From Craspedostauros australis (Eukaryota), in NCBI GenBank assembly GCA_030167865.1, contig JALAGF010006564.1, positions 1 to 42,691 on the forward strand: a stretch of DNA of 42,691 nucleotides, in the 5' to 3' direction. The position numbers were made by a program, and so were the translations under genes. The notes under the pieces were generated by a model that was given only the letters and a program-made list of their open reading frames with translations, was not told where the DNA came from and made no database searches. This document shows, in pieces, positions 30,922-41,607 of this stretch (position 1 is the first letter of the stretch; every line of letters starts with the position of its first letter).

Positions 30922-31914
30922 TGTCTAGATGAGACTTGTGACAAGAAGTGCATGAAGGGCTCTTGCCCGAAGCTAAACACTGAGGAATTGGCAAGGTGCA
31001 TTACGGAGACTGTCGATGACAACAAGTCGGAACAAAACGAGCAAGTTCCAGCGCGCAACGCAAAGCGCACACTAATTTGATGCACACAAGAAGCTTGAAT
31101 GAACAGAAGGAGAATGTGATGATCCCAGTAAGATGGAGCACCTTGATAGTGGGGGTAGGTCATCATGTCATCTAATTCAGTATGGATTATAATGCTGTAA
31201 TTGTGATCATGATGTGCAGCAGGTCACTCCCAAAAAAGATGACTCGTGGCCCGCGACGAGCTGTGCCATTGTCTACTCACGAGACTCACATCAACACCCA
31301 TGATCACCACGAACAGAAAGGCGACAAATCGAACGAAGGTCTGATACCAAAATGGAGGTACCTCAATATCCAATTCGAACAGATGACGTCACATGATGAC
31401 GTACTAATGCGACACCATTCAGACAACAAAGAGATTCTGGATGACATATTTGCGAGCCTGCAACACTTGCGAAGAAGTCTTGGGCATTCCAAATAATTGT
31501 TTTACCGCAGCTTTCAATACAACCCTTCTCCGTTAAATACGGTCCCAACCCATGTCGCACACAAACCTCGACCGATCGGAGTAGTATGGATTTGTTGTTC
31601 CGGTTTTGGACGCTTGTGGGAGACCGGTCATAATTTCATAACGAGTTCTGTGCAACATGCATTTAGTCAATAGTGTCACGGGACTCATTTCCGCTGAGTC
31701 TGTGTTGTCAATACTCCACAGGATTCGTAATCGCCACTTGGGATCAGGATGAGCNNNNNNNNNNNNNNNNNNNNNNNNNNNNNNNNNNNNNNNNNNNNNN
31801 NNNNNNNNNNNNNNNNNNNNNNNNNNNNNNNNNNNNNNNNNNNNNNNNNNNNNNNNNNNNNNNNNNNNNNNNNNNNNNNNNNNNNNNNNNNNNNNNNNNN
31901 NNNNNNNNNNNNNT

Positions 31915-33969
31915 ATGCCAACAATCCCAACACCACGTCGCTACCAAGAATCAAAGGAGGAAGACGACACAACAAGAGGAAGCACCTTGCGGCAATGGTT
32001 GTTTCGGACCAGCAAGAGGAGGGTTGGACGCAGCAAAGCAGAGCACAGAAGGACTGTTGTGGTGGATGAGACTGATTGCGACGAGCAAGCGCAAGCATCC
32101 TTGGAAGTGGAAGCGCAGGTGGAAGTGCAGATGTAAGCGCAAGGACCTACTCTGCTCTACTCGACTCTAATCGTATCAAAAGCGACATCGGCGCCACCAA
32201 GATCACGAGGCTCGTCATCCCATCATGGCCGACACCTCCCAAAACCAACACATTGTTCGCCGCCTTATTTCGACTGCGTCTGATGTGCTGTTGCTCTCGT
32301 CTGCGTACGGGTTGCCCGTGCCATCATGGGCAACGACAGCCATCGCGATGAGCAATGGAAACTCCAGCATCTTGCATCGCTCATCTTNNNNNNNNNNNNN
32401 NNNNNNNGGAGATGGCAACCACGGTGCAAACAACAATGACAACGATAATGACAGCAGAACCAGCGCAGATGGATTCATGGGCTTCATTCCCTTGTTGCAA
32501 ACGCTCGTCATCTGCTGGAGCATAGTCATGGTGATCCTCTTGACATCCATGTTGTCCTACGGACTGTTCTATATCGTTGTGATGCCATCCCATGACATCA
32601 CGATGCCACTCTACTTCGATTCCACTGAGATGTCCATCCCTCCAACTGAACATCATCTCGTGCAACAATGGTGGCTGGAGCAGCAGCAGAAACAGATGCG
32701 AGTGCGGATGAGGGAGGACGGAAAGCACCAAATGGAGAAAGAGGGGTTACAAGAATGCAAACAATATGAGACAGATATAGCCATCATGACAGCAGCAACA
32801 GCAGCAGCAGCAGCAACAGCGAGAGCAGTCATGAAGCTGGCGTCGAGTCGCAACAGGAGACAGTCTCCCACTCATCACCACCACCATCGCATGGGCAAGC
32901 TCAAGCCCAAGCACAACCTCAGATGCCACCGCAGAACCAAATACCCAATCTTTCAGTCGATCAGCGGCGTGCCTTGCAACGATCGCCTTGAGCAACTGCC
33001 GATCTTTTCACCAAGCACACGCAATGGGAACCATACCTTGACCGCCATCACCCCAAACCACGACCTCGCTCCGCGTTGAAGGCAAACCAACCGTACGCCA
33101 TCGAAATTGCGCTGGAACTTCCAGAATCGCTGACCAACCGAGAGTTGGACATCTTCGGTGTGCACGTGACATTGCAATCCGCAAATGGAATGGCCCTGGC
33201 AACATCTGTGCGATCCACGCAACATCCGCACGAAAGCGACTGGATATCGCTGATTCGAAAATGGACACTGCTGGTGCTGCATCTCGTCGGTGCTATCCCA
33301 GAAAATCGAACCACTGTGATCCCGTCGTATCATTACGTCATGGAACGCAATCAGCATCCGTTACGGTCCATCACTGTTCGGTTAGTGAGTAGAACTACAA
33401 GGCGGCGGCGAACACAGCGCGCGAGCTCTCCAGCAGCGTGGATAGAATGGACACTGTCTCATGATGACGCTCTCTACAATGACGATGTGCAAGTCAGCGC
33501 AGCGCACGTTCGTATTGGAAGAGAGCTGAAGCCATACCAGTACGTTCTGAAGCACTGGTTCTTCACGCGCGCGATGATTGGCATCAGCGCCATCTTCGTA
33601 TTCCAATCCGCCTCTGTAATCCTGCTGATGTATCTGTGGGAACGCCGACAGCAAGGTCTTGAAGAAAGAGCCAGCGATGCTTTGCTCTAGCTGGAACTGG
33701 ATGGATCGTTAGATTTTAACGGCGACAACAATAGTGGGATTGAGGAACATGATGACACTGATGATGGACCCTGGTCGAGCACCTTGGTGCATGGAGTGCA
33801 GCCACAGTCGCAGGCGAATGCCGTAGTCGGCGAGGATGCCAACAGCACCAATGGCCAAAACACCGACGGTGATTCGACCAGTCCCGATATCGACCCCGAT
33901 ATCCACTCCGATGCTAACGCTGAGACCTCCCCTCGAAGCGAGTCTCCAGCAATCATCGTGGATGAATAG
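31915..33969 (+). pseudogene. Seipin (BSCL2/Fld1 family) pseudogene
   Basis: TM1 WSIVMVILLTSMLSYGLFY, PLYFD, lumenal LKANQPYAIEIALELPESLTNRELDIFGV...ESDWISLIR, VQVSAAHVRI, TM2 LKHWFFTRAMIGISAIFVF. Broken by stops at 32134, 32281, 32989 and 33688 and a frameshift near 32760-32790. Flanked and interrupted by N gaps, so the 5' end is uncertain. Confidence 0.8.
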
Positions 33970-34823
33970 ACCTATTGTTGGATCGTTGGGAAGACTTCGC
34001 TGTGGGCAGCGACGGGAGATACATGGTTCGAAATTCTCCATCGGAGAACATCAAGCTTTGTGCTCGCACCATGAGTCGCCCACCCGACCATGCTCCGCCG
34101 CGTGCAAACTCTACTCTGGTCCACTTGAGCGTGCACCATCCCATCCTCCTGCTGAATCAAGGTGAGAACGTGCGTTTCATCGATGAATCACTTTTTTGTC
34201 GGAATGCCAACGGATCTTTCGCAGTTTGGGCACGGTCAGAGACATGAGGAACATGGAAAGCGTTGCCTGTGGTGTATGGACGGCAGAACAACCTCCGCAA
34301 CTTGGGACAAGAACGGCAATTTCAGTGGCGATGGCTTGATCATCTCCACAACAAGCAAGATCGCCTCGCACTGGGGAAGTGTCACATGTACATACCACAT
34401 GGTACGATACCGTCGAGATATCGATATATTTTGGGGCACGCCTCAAAGTAGTCGAAGACGCACGCGCGTCTGACGACCCGCTTGTACTCCTGCCATTTCG
34501 GTACGTGCGCACGTTGCGCTACAGATGGATATCGCGAAGTTGAGGAGGCGAGACCATGAATCTGGTGCCCAACCATGCGAAAGCGCGAGCATCACCAAAA
34601 GATGAAAACGTGAGATCTGTTTTCCCGTCTATCTCTGCTGCTCATGCGTGCAGATGAATGGTTGATGAGTGACGATTGCGCTTGACTTCTCTATTGCGGT
34701 ATGTGGATATGCAACGCGATGACTAACATTAGTGATTCCGCTTCCATCTGACCAACGGACCAAGTCCCTGGTCCTCTATTCCACATGTAATAGATATGAT
34801 ACATACTAAATCATACACCTGCA

Positions 34824-37390
34824 TCAAGAACGCCTCTTTCGAGAGATGGGCTTGGTTGGTTTGCTTGATTTCGATGGTGCTCGCCTTCTCCGTTTCTTCG
34901 TTGCAGGCAGCAGTCTCTCATCTCTCCTTGCCCGAGCGAGATCCATCTCGCGCTTCTTGCGAAAGCCATGCGCGGCCTTGTCCCGTGCTTCCACGAAGGT
35001 GACCTCGATCCAACAGCCTGTCTCCTTGCACTTCTTGAGGAAGCGGCCCTTTCGCTCCTGCATCTTGTGCACCAGCTTCTCAGCGACGTCCAGCTTGGCC
35101 CACCTTGGCGCTTTGTCGTACTCGTCGAACATATCAGCAATGACTGCCTTCATGTACTGATTGCCGGAGTGCTCTTGAAACGGCCTTCCACGTCCCATCA
35201 GAATGTCAACTTCAGTTGGACTGCAACTTGGACGAATGCTGTCGCTTTCAATAGGATCAACCACCGCGAGTGGCAGTGATGAAGAAAGCTGCTGTGATGA
35301 TGGCGGCATTGACCTCTGTTTTGGTGGGAGTGACAGAGTTGGCGACCTGCCATTACGCACGACTGCAGCTGCTGGGGTGTCTGCGCATCGGTCTGCCGGT
35401 TGGAGATACACATCGGCATTCTTGTCTTCCTCTTCTTCAGCGTCTTGGACGACTTGCATCTCCGCTACGTCACTGACACCATTGCGCTCAGGATGATCGT
35501 GAGCGACAGAGGTATCATTCCCGTTTCTCATCTGCGTGGCCATTGCGGTTCGGTAAACTTCCAGCGCTTTGCGATGCATCAGCCAAGCACTGGCTCCCGC
35601 CATTTTGAGCATCCCCCAGTCATCGAATGGCAGGACCCGAGGTGACACGCCGTGCGAAGAGAGGCTCTTGATGTTATCAGCCAGCGTACCGAAGAATGGC
35701 TTGAATCGGTGGCGAGTATGATGGGCCAGCGAGAGCTGAAAAATGTCTACCATGGCCCTCATGTCCTTCGTATCGTCTGATAGGAAGTACATCCTCTTCA
35801 CGTTCACCGGCGTGATCACGGTGGTCTGCTCGCAAATGTACATGTTCAGCCGCTGTTTTGGCGTTACATTCGGCATCATCTTGTCCAGGGCATGCACCAT
35901 AACTACTCCGTTCTTCTGTGCCTCNNNNNNNNNNNNNNNNNNNNNNNNNNNNNNNNNNNNGGCCCGGGCATTTGCCAAGGTGTCGAACATGCTTGGGACG
36001 AACTCTGTCGCTACGATTATGCGACTTCCATGCGCATCCTCGCAAGGAAGCGGTTGTACATTCCCAGCTTCCAGCAGAGCGACCGCTCCCGGGCACAGAT
36101 CGGACAGCTGCACGTCTCTGCCTAGCACATGCGGACCGAACAAGTGCAGTTTGGCATCGCACCAGGCGATCAATCGCATCGCGGCTTTGTACGAGTCGAA
36201 GGAGGTGCAGCGCAGGAACTTGAGGCGCAGGTCCTTGTCTTCGATGTAGGCTTGATTCGTCTGCTTGGCGATNNNNNNNNNNNNNNNNNNNNNNNNNNNN
36301 NNNNNCAGCTCCATCTCCATGTCGTCGAGCTTGGCGCTCACGAACGCGGGGATCTCCTCGCAGGGAGCGGAGCTCCCGGTGATGTCCTCATGTATGTGCT
36401 TGCGTTCTTCGGATGACATCGCGTGCAGCTCTTGCGCGATGATATCGGGGACCTTGAATGTGTTCAAGATGTCGTCGTTGGTCAACGGTGTGGTTTGCTC
36501 CGCATCTGCTCCTATTGNNNNNNNNNNNNNNNNNNNNNNNNNNNNNNNNNNNNNNNNNNNNNNNNNNGTACGAGTCGAAGGAGGTGCAGCGCAGGAACTT
36601 GAGGCGCAGGTCCTTGTCTTCGATGTAGGCTTGATTCGTCTGCTTGGCGATATCGTATGCGGTCCTGTTGCTGGTCGTCATGACCAGCTCCATCTCCATG
36701 TCGTCGAGCTTGGCGCTCACGAACGCGGGGATCTCCTCGCAGGGAGCGGAGCTCCCGGTGATGTCCTCATGTATGTGCTTGCGTTCTTCGGATGACATCG
36801 CGTGCAGCTCTTGCGCGATGATATCGGGGACCTTGAATGTGTTCAAGATGTCGTCGTTGGTCAACGGTGTGGTTTGCTCCGCATCTGCTCCTATTGCAGC
36901 GTTCGCAAATGCGTTCGCGCAAGCGGGATTGCTGTGATTAGCATCTTCGTTCGGTTTCCCGATCTAAGCACGGCAAGAGAGACGACGATGGATTGTGAGC
37001 TGTATCAACATGCGGTTTGGTTCACTGTTGGCGTTCCGGTTGCAACTGCATTCGTACTATTCTAGAATATTCTAGTAGGTATCTCCGCGGTCGTAGTCAT
37101 CATCATGGGCTACGGAGAATCATCACCATTGCGCAAGTACTCACCTTGCCATCGTCGTCACGGAGAGTGCTACCGCTGAAGTCACAGTTGCAGCCGCCGT
37201 CAGTGTCTGAGCCCAGGTCTGATCTGGCTTCAACGGTCTCATTGCCAAGCGTGTGAATATTATGTTCGCCATGACATGGAAAGCAGGATTCCAACAAAGA
37301 GCAGCTTGCCATGAGGAGCTCATCGTCATCGTCGCAATGTGCTAAATACTCATCCAGTTGCTGCCACTCGTCGGCGGAGAAGGTACTCAT
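34824..37390 (-). CDS. CRAL-TRIO/Sec14-like domain plus C-terminal DUF6824 protein; exons 37390-37145 and 36963-34824, ~668 aa after removing the artefactual duplication
   Basis: IAQELHAMSSEERKHIHEDI.G, DKDLRLKFLRCTSFD..KAAMRL, LFG...DVQLSDL, AQKNGVVMV, then DILMGRGRPFQEHSGNQ...KGRFLKK...WIEV...ARDKAAHGFR. Intron GTGAGT...TTAG 37144-36964 is phase 0. Contains N gaps. Confidence 0.8.
36189..36896. other. Gap-flanking direct duplication (36189-36517 = 36568-36896) around a 50-N gap; probable scaffolding artefact
   Basis: No differences seen at offset 379; the second copy supplies the bases that are N at 36273-36305 in the first; collapsing the copies restores one open frame. Confidence 0.85.
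37059..37073. promoter_or_regulatory. Perfect three-unit heat-shock-element-like motif in the intron of the CRAL-TRIO/DUF6824 gene
   Basis: aTTCt aGAAt aTTCt = nTTCnnGAAnnTTCn. Confidence 0.35.
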
Positions 37391-38346
37391 GGTGGGAGTG
37401 CTGGTCACGGTATCTGCAGTAGGGATGGTTGTTTCGCGCAAGATTGATGTCTGTGCTTGTGGCTTGAAGTGATGCTGTGAGCACGCTGTGCTGATCCGAG
37501 CTGGAGGAAGAGGGGCTGGAGGAAATTGAGCTCACAGCGTCTCACGGCATCTTCGTCTGATGCCGAGTTTGCGGAAGAAACAGCACCTGCTGCTCCTGTT
37601 GGGAATTCGTTGTGTGGATGCAGGTGGGCACTGGAGTGGCCCATGTAGTGCCATAGCTCAGACTTCAAGCTTGTTCTGATCGAAATCACGCTTGTTGCGA
37701 AACGCAACAGGGGCAGCCGCGCTCCCCCTTGTTGTGCTTTGTCATGATGCTGGGAGCAGCTTGACTTGTCTTTTGGCTTCAGGTAGTATGCTCACAATGG
37801 CGCGGTGTCCCCTTGGGTACGCAAACGAATTGAAGAGGTAAAGCAGACAGAGAGCAGCTGGTTGTTGACATATCCTCAATGAGATGGCCTACATGGTGGG
37901 TACAGGGAGAACGTGGCTCTGTGTGTCCTGACACATGAACCCCCAAGCATCGAGATGCATGCGCGCAGCACAAAGCACAGGAGCGGACGAGAACACTGCC
38001 GCAATTTTGGGTTCCTTCTTCGTTTCTCGTCCCCCCTTTCTCCGCCCCTTGTTCATCTGCGAATGTTTGTTGTGCTTCTTTCATCGAATGTCATCTTCCT
38101 CGGTCTCTTGATTTCGAGACGTAAGTTTAGGAAACCGCCACAAACAGCAACGTTGTACATACAATGATGCATTATAATACGATGCAGTTGCGTTGATGGA
38201 AATGTAAGCTACTATTTCATAGATCCGTGATGTATAGTAAGATAGTTGGATGCTGTGTGCCAGATCCTAATATATTATAGTTGATCCCAGCAGCAGTAAG
38301 CACAGGAAACAACCTCAGAAGAACAACAGGCAGAGAAGGGATGGAG

Positions 38347-38914
38347 AAACGAGGAAGGAACCCAGATCCCGGTGGGGTCCATGCGTCTCGGGACACGGTT
38401 CCTCGGCCATGCGTCCTGAGACGCGAAAATCTCACCAGGGATATCCTTCTCCTTCCTGTGCTGGAATGTGTGGTCACACAGCGCGCACGTGTGCATCGAG
38501 GTGTTGCGTTTTTTGGCGTCTCCATGTGTCGGTGTCGCTCTTGGGCGTTGTGGCCAGGACGAACGCGCCCTCGATTTCGCGACACGGGATTGTTTGGTGA
38601 ATGGTNNNNNNNNNNNNNNNNNNNNNNNNNNNNNNNNNNNNNNNNNNNNNNNNNNAAACGAGGAAGGAACCCAGATCCCGGTGGGGTCCATGCGTCTCGG
38701 GACACGGTTCCTCGGCCATGCGTCCTGAGACGCGAAAATCTCACCAGGGATATCCTTCTCCTTCCTGTGCTGGAATGTGTGGTCACACAGCGCGCACGTG
38801 TGCATCGAGGTGTTGCGTTTTTTGGCGTCTCTGTGTGTCGGTGTCGCTCTTGGGCGTTGTGGCCAGGACGAACGCGCCCTCGATTTCGCGACACGGGATT
38901 GTTTGGTGAATGGT
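38347..38914. repeat. 259-bp direct duplication (38347-38605 and 38656-38914) flanking a 50-N gap
   Basis: Copies match at offset 309 except CA (38523-24) versus TG (38832-33). Confidence 0.85.
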
Positions 38915-39611
38915 GTTGCTGTGTGTTTTGGGGGGCACCAAAACACGATCACTTGGGGTATGTTTGGAGAAATGGTCACCCAACGAACTTTGGTCCTCCT
39001 CCGTTGCCACACACTCACCTACGCAATCCGAACCTGTCAATGACCAAGGGTAGGAGAAGCCGGAACATGGGGTTCCGTGACACGTTACCACGCCATGCAT
39101 CACAGAGACGAAAAGCTCCTGACACAGAAGTGCTCCTTCTGGTGCCTGAAGATAAATGCGTCTGGTAGAGAGCTGCAGCTGTTGGCATCGTAGCGCAATA
39201 GATCAATGGAGGGGTTCGAGTGGCCCCAAAACTTGGGTACTAAGACACACCAGGCTATCCGAATTTCAGGGGGAGCCCCGCAATAGAGACTGGTCTAGGC
39301 ACAACCGAGACAGCCACTTTCGTGAGGATTTGGGTCTTTGCAATGCCCAAGTGTCGTCACGCTTCGCTTTCTTCCTTTCCCACCTCCCACACCGTTTCAT
39401 CAAACTGTTTGTTTCCTCATGGTACCAACATAGTTTTTCGCATTTTTCCCAATCTGAACCAAAATTATTGATTCTACTGTCCAGATCTCTCCCTTTTTGC
39501 ATCTTGTGTGTGCCAATCAACGCATGATTCTTGTCTCTTCTTGTTTCTTTCTGTCCAAACAGCAGCCACTGTTCAAAAACAAGGACGATAATGCCAACAA
39601 TTGAGTACTTT

Positions 39612-39745
39612 TGTTGGTGTACGGTCGCATGACAGACGGTGCAGCAGCAAATCCCATGTTCACAGCCTCTGCACAGTCGGAAATAATCATAATCACATCA
39701 TCATCACACACACAACACATCCCGTATCGTCTCCCGATCATCACA
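39612..39745 (+). repeat. Putative short 5' LTR (TGT...ACA, ~134 bp)
   Basis: 3' end is fixed by the CA abutting the PBS; the 5' TG at 39612 is a best guess because the 3' LTR lies outside the window. Confidence 0.45.
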
Positions 39746-39754
39746 GGTTATGAG
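39746..39754 (+). promoter_or_regulatory. Primer-binding site complementary to the anticodon arm of initiator tRNA-Met
   Basis: GGTTATGAG immediately after ...ATCACA is the reverse complement of CUCAUAACC. Confidence 0.6.
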
Positions 39755-39879
39755 GAAATAAGCTTTAGTGCTAATCCTGCTACTCTGTACCCTCTGCTGT
39801 TACTGGAAATACCCATCCGCGCAGCTTCCTTTCTCGCTCCTTCCCTCGCTCTCTACACCCGTTCCACTTTTGCCCCATC

Positions 39880-41586
39880 ATGCCTGCCAAAAACGACCCT
39901 CTCAGTTCTGACGAACTCAAAGGTCTCTCGGACCTCTTCGCCCGCCTCAACTGGCACTGGGCTGGTCTCTTCGTCACTGGCGCTAACATTCAAGACACCC
40001 TCGACCTCTGGGACTTCCTTGAGTTGGACGATGACGTCTTCGATGGGTTTCTTGCCGCATGGGCAAAGAACTCTCCAACCCGTGAGTTTGGTCTTCGCCA
40101 GCTCCGCGCGTATTATCGCGACAATCCCGACGTCGAGTCGTGGGTGACCACTCTTGACCGCGAAACCCTGCGCAAGTTCAAGCGCGACGGCAAGACGACT
40201 CCTGTCAACCTTTCCCTCAAGCCGCCTCCGCCTACTGAAGGTGCCAGTGTGCTACCACCGTCTCCACCCACTGATACAGGCGCTCTGGCTGCTAGTGATG
40301 TGACCACTACCGCTGCTGGCCACTATGGACCTGCCGCGGATGGTTCTGGTGTACGCGTGCCCCCTGGTGAATCCCCAGGTGCCACCGTTGAGAGTCCGCT
40401 GGACATCTCCGGTGCCGCGCCCGCGCGTGAGCCACGAGAGTCGCACGACTACATTACTGGGTCAGGCCTTCCGTACTCGGTGGCCAATGGCAACCCTGCC
40501 GCGACCGCGCACTTCACCTACGACGCCATTCTGTCTCCCCTCGAACCCGATCGCGATGCGTTGGGCTATTGGCAACGGTGGACCAGTCAGTTGTCTGTCG
40601 ATGATCCTGCCGACGTGATGAAGTGGTACACCCACCTACAGAGTGAGGCAGATCGTGTTGGCGTGGCCCTGGTTCCCCTTTCGCATTTCAACCCAAGGTG
40701 CTCCCTCATTCCCAGGAATGCTCCGCGCGACATCGTACACCGGTCCGGGGTTCAGCTCAATCGTAAGCTGCAGGAGGATGGCGTCCTTGATCTTGACAAT
40801 CCGTCTGTGAAGATGTACCACACTGCGTGTTTTGGGGTCATTCCTCATCGGCTCTCTGGGTATCTTCTCTTACATCAGGTGCTCCTCGACGCGTTCCAGC
40901 GAATTGAGCGCACGGTCAGCCAGGCACCCACTTACTCGGAGTACAAGGACATCGTACTCTTTGCAGATGCTCTGCTTGCATACCAGCAGACAGAGACAGT
41001 GGTGCACAAGCGGCATTTCACCGATGTCGAGTTGACTCGCCGGTTTCTTGAGGATCTCCGTTCGAATGGCATGGACGTAGGGCACCTCATCACTTCCCTG
41101 GAGTTGCAGCCCGCGTCCAAGCGTGTGCCACCGCACTTACATGTGTCGGCACTGGCTCGGTCCATTCACCCAGACCCTACCGCGGCTCATCGACCCATTG
41201 GGCACCGTGTTCAAACCCGCTCATCTGCTCGACAAGGCGGTGGTGGTGGACCCAAGGGTGAGCGCAAGCGGTCTGCGTTTTATCAACCTGATAAAGACGC
41301 GTTCTGCGAGGCTTGCCGCCGTGGTGGACACAAGGCTGCCTCCTGTCTCAATTGGGCACGGCACCTGGCGTTCGCTGAACTCCGTGAGTCCAAGCCTGAC
41401 CTGGCATCAGCAGTGCTGGAGAAGTTCAAGGATACATACACCAAGGACAAGTCTCGTGCCTTCGCAAGAGCCCTTCAGGTGACGAGTGATGACCTTGGGG
41501 CGGTCGATGAGTTGGACGAGGAGGACATCGCGACCCACGTTGCGAATATGCTCCTTCAGGATTTTGTGCATGCTGGCCAGGAGTAA
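39880..41586 (+). CDS. gag: Retrotransposon Gag (568 aa)
   Basis: Intact ORF downstream of the PBS with CX2CX4HX4C knuckle CEACRRGGHKAASC near the C-terminus. Confidence 0.85.
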   Translation: MPAKNDPLSSDELKGLSDLFARLNWHWAGLFVTGANIQDTLDLWDFLELDDDVFDGFLAAWAKNSPTREFGLRQLRAYYRDNPDVESWVTTLDRETLRKFKRDGKTTPVNLSLKPPPPTEGASVLPPSPPTDTGALAASDVTTTAAGHYGPAADGSGVRVPPGESPGATVESPLDISGAAPAREPRESHDYITGSGLPYSVANGNPAATAHFTYDAILSPLEPDRDALGYWQRWTSQLSVDDPADVMKWYTHLQSEADRVGVALVPLSHFNPRCSLIPRNAPRDIVHRSGVQLNRKLQEDGVLDLDNPSVKMYHTACFGVIPHRLSGYLLLHQVLLDAFQRIERTVSQAPTYSEYKDIVLFADALLAYQQTETVVHKRHFTDVELTRRFLEDLRSNGMDVGHLITSLELQPASKRVPPHLHVSALARSIHPDPTAAHRPIGHRVQTRSSARQGGGGGPKGERKRSAFYQPDKDAFCEACRRGGHKAASCLNWARHLAFAELRESKPDLASAVLEKFKDTYTKDKSRAFARALQVTSDDLGAVDELDEEDIATHVANMLLQDFVHAGQE

Positions 41587-41607
41587 CGTCGCTCCCTGGT
41601 GAACAGC
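41559..41607 (+). promoter_or_regulatory. -1 programmed ribosomal frameshift signal
   Basis: Heptamer G GAT TTT in the gag frame (41559-41565), 6-nt spacer, bulged hairpin 41572-41607 (GCTG/CAGC, GCCAGG/CCTGGT, AG/CT). Confidence 0.75.

Noticed and set aside
31182..31590. 104-aa ORF and a possible mariner terminal inverted repeat (CGGAGTAGTA near 31578)
   Set aside because: No recognisable domain in the ORF and no matching inverted copy on the other side of the transposase relic
36568..36896. Tandem partial gene duplication of the CRAL-TRIO exon
   Set aside because: Copies look identical, abut a fixed 50-N gap, and collapsing them restores the frame; best explained as unmerged contig overlap
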